Below are positions 63,244-64,000 of a stretch of DNA of 64,000 nucleotides, piece after piece; positions within the stretch are counted from its first letter, which is position 1, and every line of letters starts with the position of its first letter. The notes under the pieces are model-generated. The model saw only the letters and a program-made list of their open reading frames with translations. It was not told the DNA's origin and ran no database searches. Source of the DNA: a virus; the IMG/VR virus record IMGVR_UViG_3300021356_000010, positions 1-64,000 of that record. One strand, written 5' to 3'. The translations under genes and the position numbers were made by a program.

Positions 63244-64000
63244 TTAATCTTCTACGTGCAACAACTCCATTCTTAAATCTGGGAAGAAGTCCCAAGCGTT
63301 GAGAGTTTCCATTAGTTCATAATATTTACGTGTAATCTTCGCAGTATCATCATGTCCTTTATTTACATATTCCAGGACATTCATAATGTTGTTGGTAACA
63401 AAATCAGTAGATGCTTTGAAGTCTAGTTTAGTGAATTGATCTTCTGTACCCATATATTCTACTGGGTTGCCATCTGCATCCTGACCATTTGGATACAGTT
63501 TAAAATAATTATTTGGATCAACAGCAAACTTAACTGTTGTTGCAAACTTAAATGCTTCGTATCTATTTTCAAACGTTTCAATATTTGGCAGGAGATCTCT
63601 CAAATGCTGTCTCCACTTCTTCCACATTTCTAATTCACCATCAAATTCTTCTTGATAGTCTGGAAGCATTCTCCAATCAGAGAAGAGGAGCATAGAACGT
63701 ACTTCAATAGTTCTCTTTACATACTTTGCCTCATAGTAATACTGATAATCAATCAGTTTCTTACTTTCTTCGATAAATTGAGACGTTTTCTCATGCTTTT
63801 GTACTTCAGCTAGAGAATCAAAGAGTTCATATATTCTATTTGCATCATCAGTCGATGCTTCTGGATAGTTGTAACTTCTCCAGTATTGATTTCCCTCTGA
63901 ATCCGTGACAATCTTTTTCTTTTGACAGAGATACTCCCCACCCCAGTAGAAAATGAGATACTCGATCTCATCCTTATCTGGAAGATGCCACTCAGATCCT
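63244..64000 (-). CDS. Tail assembly chaperone-domain protein, 5' end outside the window
   Basis: Frame open from 63999 through the listed Met at 63693; R..LL..SDW..LPD......WK.WRQ.LRDL signature. Confidence 0.75.
   Translation of the reverse strand, partial: GSEWHLPDKDEIEYLIFYWGGEYLCQKKKIVTDSEGNQYWRSYNYPEASTDDANRIYELFDSLAEVQKHEKTSQFIEESKKLIDYQYYYEAKYVKRTIEVRSMLLFSDWRMLPDYQEEFDGELEMWKKWRQHLRDLLPNIETFENRYEAFKFATTVKFAVDPNNYFKLYPNGQDADGNPVEYMGTEDQFTKLDFKASTDFVTNNIMNVLEYVNKGHDDTAKITRKYYELMETLNAWDFFPDLRMELLHVED

Noticed and set aside
1052-63633. The numerous plus-strand ORFs in the track (e.g. 57458..58141, 7317..7790, 46547..47017, 49679..50116)
   Set aside because: All are antisense shadows of well-supported minus-strand genes and show no protein-family motifs
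1-64000. tRNA/rRNA genes, introns, inteins, transposases, reverse transcriptase (DGR)
   Set aside because: No cloverleaf, splice-junction or catalytic motifs were recognised, and the long structural ORFs are uninterrupted. A tRNAscan/Infernal run would be needed to exclude small RNAs.

Overview
64 kb of a T4-like (Kyanoviridae-type) cyanophage genome. Essentially all genes lie on the minus strand. Positions 1-48.6 kb are the late structural region: small terminase gp16, gp15, gp14, gp13, four 2OG-Fe(II) oxygenases, a Gly-rich adhesin/chaperone module, a 2929-aa fibre, 1403-aa and 2703-aa virion proteins, baseplate gp8/gp7/gp6/gp25 and a PAAR protein. These sit behind T4-type late promoters. 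Positions 48.7-60.6 kb are an early region of about 40 tiny genes, many preceded by a repeated promoter made of a -10 box and a GTGNCA-N10-TGNCAC-type palindrome 29-32 nt upstream. This region also holds a probable endonuclease + methyltransferase pair and a candidate replication origin near 51.1-51.4 kb. Positions 60.6-64 kb hold a second oxygenase array behind a tail-chaperone-like gene. The most striking observation is that the giant fibre and gp7 each contain two helical repeats resembling phycobiliprotein (phycocyanin-like globin) subunits, including cysteines at positions equivalent to the bilin attachment sites. This suggests a possibly pigment-decorated virion, and a neighbouring virion protein carries an intact blue-copper site. 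All family assignments are by motif recognition only; no searches were run.
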